The notes beneath the pieces are model-generated. The model saw only the letters and a program-made list of their open reading frames with translations, was not told the origin of the DNA and ran no database searches. This document shows, in pieces, positions 61,796 through 64,000 of a stretch of DNA of 64,000 nt. A program made the position numbers and the translations under genes. This DNA comes from Trypanosoma brucei (lineage: Eukaryota), in contig CM000207.1 in assembly GCA_000002445.1 (NCBI GenBank), positions 2,912,001 through 2,976,000 on the forward strand. Reading direction: 5' to 3'. Each line of letters opens with the position of its first letter. Position 1 is the first letter of the stretch.

Positions 61796-63206
61796 TAGTG
61801 AAGACTAAGTGGGATGCGAAAATTTAAGCACTTAAATAACTGCAAGTGTGAAATAAGAGTAAATGAGCGAGTGAAAGTGGTAAAGAGCACGAGTAAAATT
61901 ATTATATGAGATGGAATATGCGCAGTTTGAAACACAAACTTAACAATGTACATCATTATGCTCTTGAAATTGATTCAGTAGATAACGAGGGAAAGACAAA
62001 GTGTGGTGTACTGGACAATTTTAGTTGCTAAGTTATCTGTAGAAACAATGAAAGAATACGAAAAGAAAGGAAATGAAAAAATACGAAAAGAAAGGAAATG
62101 AAAAAATACAAAGTGAAACAGCAGAGCACGCGGCAGGAAAGCTGAAAAGAGAATAAGAAATATGAAGATTTTTATACAAAGTTCACACCGAAGTTGTTAG
62201 ATAGCGCTGCAGAAATTGTGTAACATGTATTTTTTATCTTATAGCAGTTGCGAATATGCAGTTATTAAGTATGAAAGGTGTTATATGGAGAAGCAGGAAG
62301 AAGGGATTATATAAGTGTATGGTAATGTCTATTTCTTTCTGTCATAACTTATCGTATTGATGGCTAACACTTGTGGTAAATGACAAAAGATTACTGGAAG
62401 GGTTTTTAAAGAGGGGACCATCAATATACTACTGTGAACTGAAATGGAATTGTAAAAACGCAGAATCCACATAAAATAGCGCATGCATCGAGAGGCAGAG
62501 GATATTTGTATGACCTTGAGAAAGTTTTAGATGGTACACGTCCCTTAATGACACGATGGACAGACGTTGAGCCCATTCAAGGGACGAGTAATTTGCATAA
62601 GAATACACGGTGAGGTGACATTGGTTGAGCAAATCGTAGAAATTCATTCGAGAGAGTGCATTCATGTCTCAAATTTACGAGTATGAGCACGAAGCAGCAG
62701 CGATTGATGACAAACAGAGCAAAAAAGGAGGGTATGTGACCAACAGAAGCCAAAACTCTATTTCTCCGTGCTGTCGTAAGCAGGTCCCCTGGGCAAACAA
62801 AGAAAATGGATTAGAAAAAACAAACACTGGCGTTTTAGATAGACGTTGCGTATGTTTTATGGAAACGAAAGGTTTGAATAAGAACGACACTACTCCCAGA
62901 TGAAATAAGCGTCCACCGTAGTGACACAGAATTCAGCAAGCGAATGGAGAATTTAGAATTATATACCGTCTGTCGAGAAAAACAGCTTAAAAATGTATTA
63001 ATGTTAGCACCGTGGAGGTCTCGTATGTTTTTCCCGGCAGAAACTGGACGCCAAATGATTTATAATTAAAACAACAAACACCACACTCGGCGTAAGTAAC
63101 TATAAACTAACCAAACTGACAGAAAACAGACCTTGCAAGCACCCAGATACAACAAACCTATAGTGTCCAAGAAAGCAAATTCTCATCTTTGTAGCAACTT
63201 ACGTCG

Positions 63207-64000
63207 ATGGACTACAAAGACTGCTATGGCTACTTAGCAGCACTGACCTTTGTAGTATCTTTGTGCTCAGGCGCTCCACTAACAGACAACGACCCTGTAG
63301 CCGAGCAGATATCAGACCTGTGCAAAGAGAAGTTTTACGTGGAAACACTCATCCAAAATCTCAAGCAAAGAGTGCAAAGCACCGCGGCCTCAATCAAAGA
63401 CATGGAGAAGCTGAAAGCAACATGGGAAAAAGCAGCAGCCGCCACATCTGATGCCGCAAAAAAATGCCTATTCAGCGCACTGGAACACAAAGCCGATGCG
63501 GAACTATTGAGGGAACTGCCAAAGATAGAAGAAGCAACAGAAGCGGTGACAACAGCTCAAATAGCATTGTCCGAGCATGTGGGGATGCTAGGAGCCACCA
63601 TAACTTTGGCAAAAACTAAGCTCGACAGCGGCAGCAGTAACCACGGCAACGCCGGCACAGGTTCAATCAGAATAGCACTCTCTAGAACAACCGCAACAAC
63701 AGACCTCTGCAACGAACCCGCGACTATATCGGATATCAAACCTGGAGTGTCGGAAATTCAACCAGACAAACTGTTCAAACTTAAACTAACCAAACCAACA
63801 GATCTGCACAAGCACATGTTCGTCGACTGGCTAACGATCGGAGGACTAACGAGCTGCACGGCGCACACATCTTACGACCAAAACTTCGACGCCGCCCTCA
63901 GTGGCTGCAACTACAAAACGGCAGCCACAGCGGAGGCTAAACAAGCCACAACCAAGCCGACCTACGGCACCACAGAGGTCACGCTATTCAAAAATAACGA
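63207..64000 (+). CDS. VSG: VSG 5' part (signal peptide MDYKDCYGYLAALTFVVSLCSGAP plus N-terminal domain), open to the end of the window (partial)
   Basis: ATG at 63207, then 264 codons without a stop. A-type N-domain features (..ISDLCKEKFYVETL.., ..DLCNEP.., ..TSCTAHTSYDQNFDAALSGCNY..). A 70-bp repeat lies 1.4 kb upstream. Confidence 0.75.
   Translation, partial: MDYKDCYGYLAALTFVVSLCSGAPLTDNDPVAEQISDLCKEKFYVETLIQNLKQRVQSTAASIKDMEKLKATWEKAAAATSDAAKKCLFSALEHKADAELLRELPKIEEATEAVTTAQIALSEHVGMLGATITLAKTKLDSGSSNHGNAGTGSIRIALSRTTATTDLCNEPATISDIKPGVSEIQPDKLFKLKLTKPTDLHKHMFVDWLTIGGLTSCTAHTSYDQNFDAALSGCNYKTAATAEAKQATTKPTYGTTEVTLFKNN

Overview
This 64-kb window appears to be a subtelomeric variant surface glycoprotein (VSG) gene array from an African trypanosome of the Trypanosoma brucei group. 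It is eukaryotic, with no operons, CRISPR arrays or other prokaryotic signals. The assignment rests on four sequence features. (1) There are at least 15 VSG genes, pseudogenes or fragments. They have signal peptides, cysteine-rich C-terminal domains and the hydrophobic GPI-anchor tails, either ...SFLVNKQFALSVVSAAFVALLF or ...SNSFVVNKAPLLLAFLLL. Several also carry the conserved VSG 3'UTR 16-mer TGATATATTTTAACAC. (2) Every VSG cassette is preceded by '70-bp repeat' units, with the GT-rich core GTGTTGTGAGTGTGTATATACGAATA next to (TAA/TGA)n tracts. Four of these are very large, 0.5-0.9 kb of near-pure TAA triplets. (3) Two full-length ingi non-LTR retrotransposons of about 5.26 kb lie in inverted orientation. 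Each encodes an AP endonuclease, a reverse transcriptase with an FVDYEKAFD motif, RNase H, a C2H2 zinc-finger tail and a 2A-like DVKENPGP peptide, and starts with a RIME-type 5' end. A third, degenerate ingi/DIRE-like fragment is also present. (4) Two diverged pseudogenes of a beta-1,3-glycosyltransferase-like protein carry K-DDD-F and EDxxVG motifs. Most VSGs are pseudogenes with frameshifts or in-frame stops. One, at 5678-7288, is fully intact. Four findings merit a closer look. First, the two inverted ingi copies (16949-22205 on the minus strand, 48415-53677 on the plus strand) exactly bracket a 26-kb block in which all VSG cassettes and 70-bp repeats point in the minus direction, while everything outside points plus. 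This fits an inversion by ectopic recombination between the ingi copies. Second, a roughly 165-bp fragment of large-subunit rRNA, the sarcin-ricin loop region, is embedded in an atypical TG/TA-rich 3-kb segment of the array. Third, fossil TTAGGG telomere tracts and a conserved 50-nt motif lie just downstream of two array VSGs. Fourth, in-frame TGA/TAA codons recur at conserved C-terminal positions of VSGs whose N-terminal domains are otherwise open. All coordinates are from reading the sequence directly, and boundaries are approximate to about 20 bp unless tied to an ORF.
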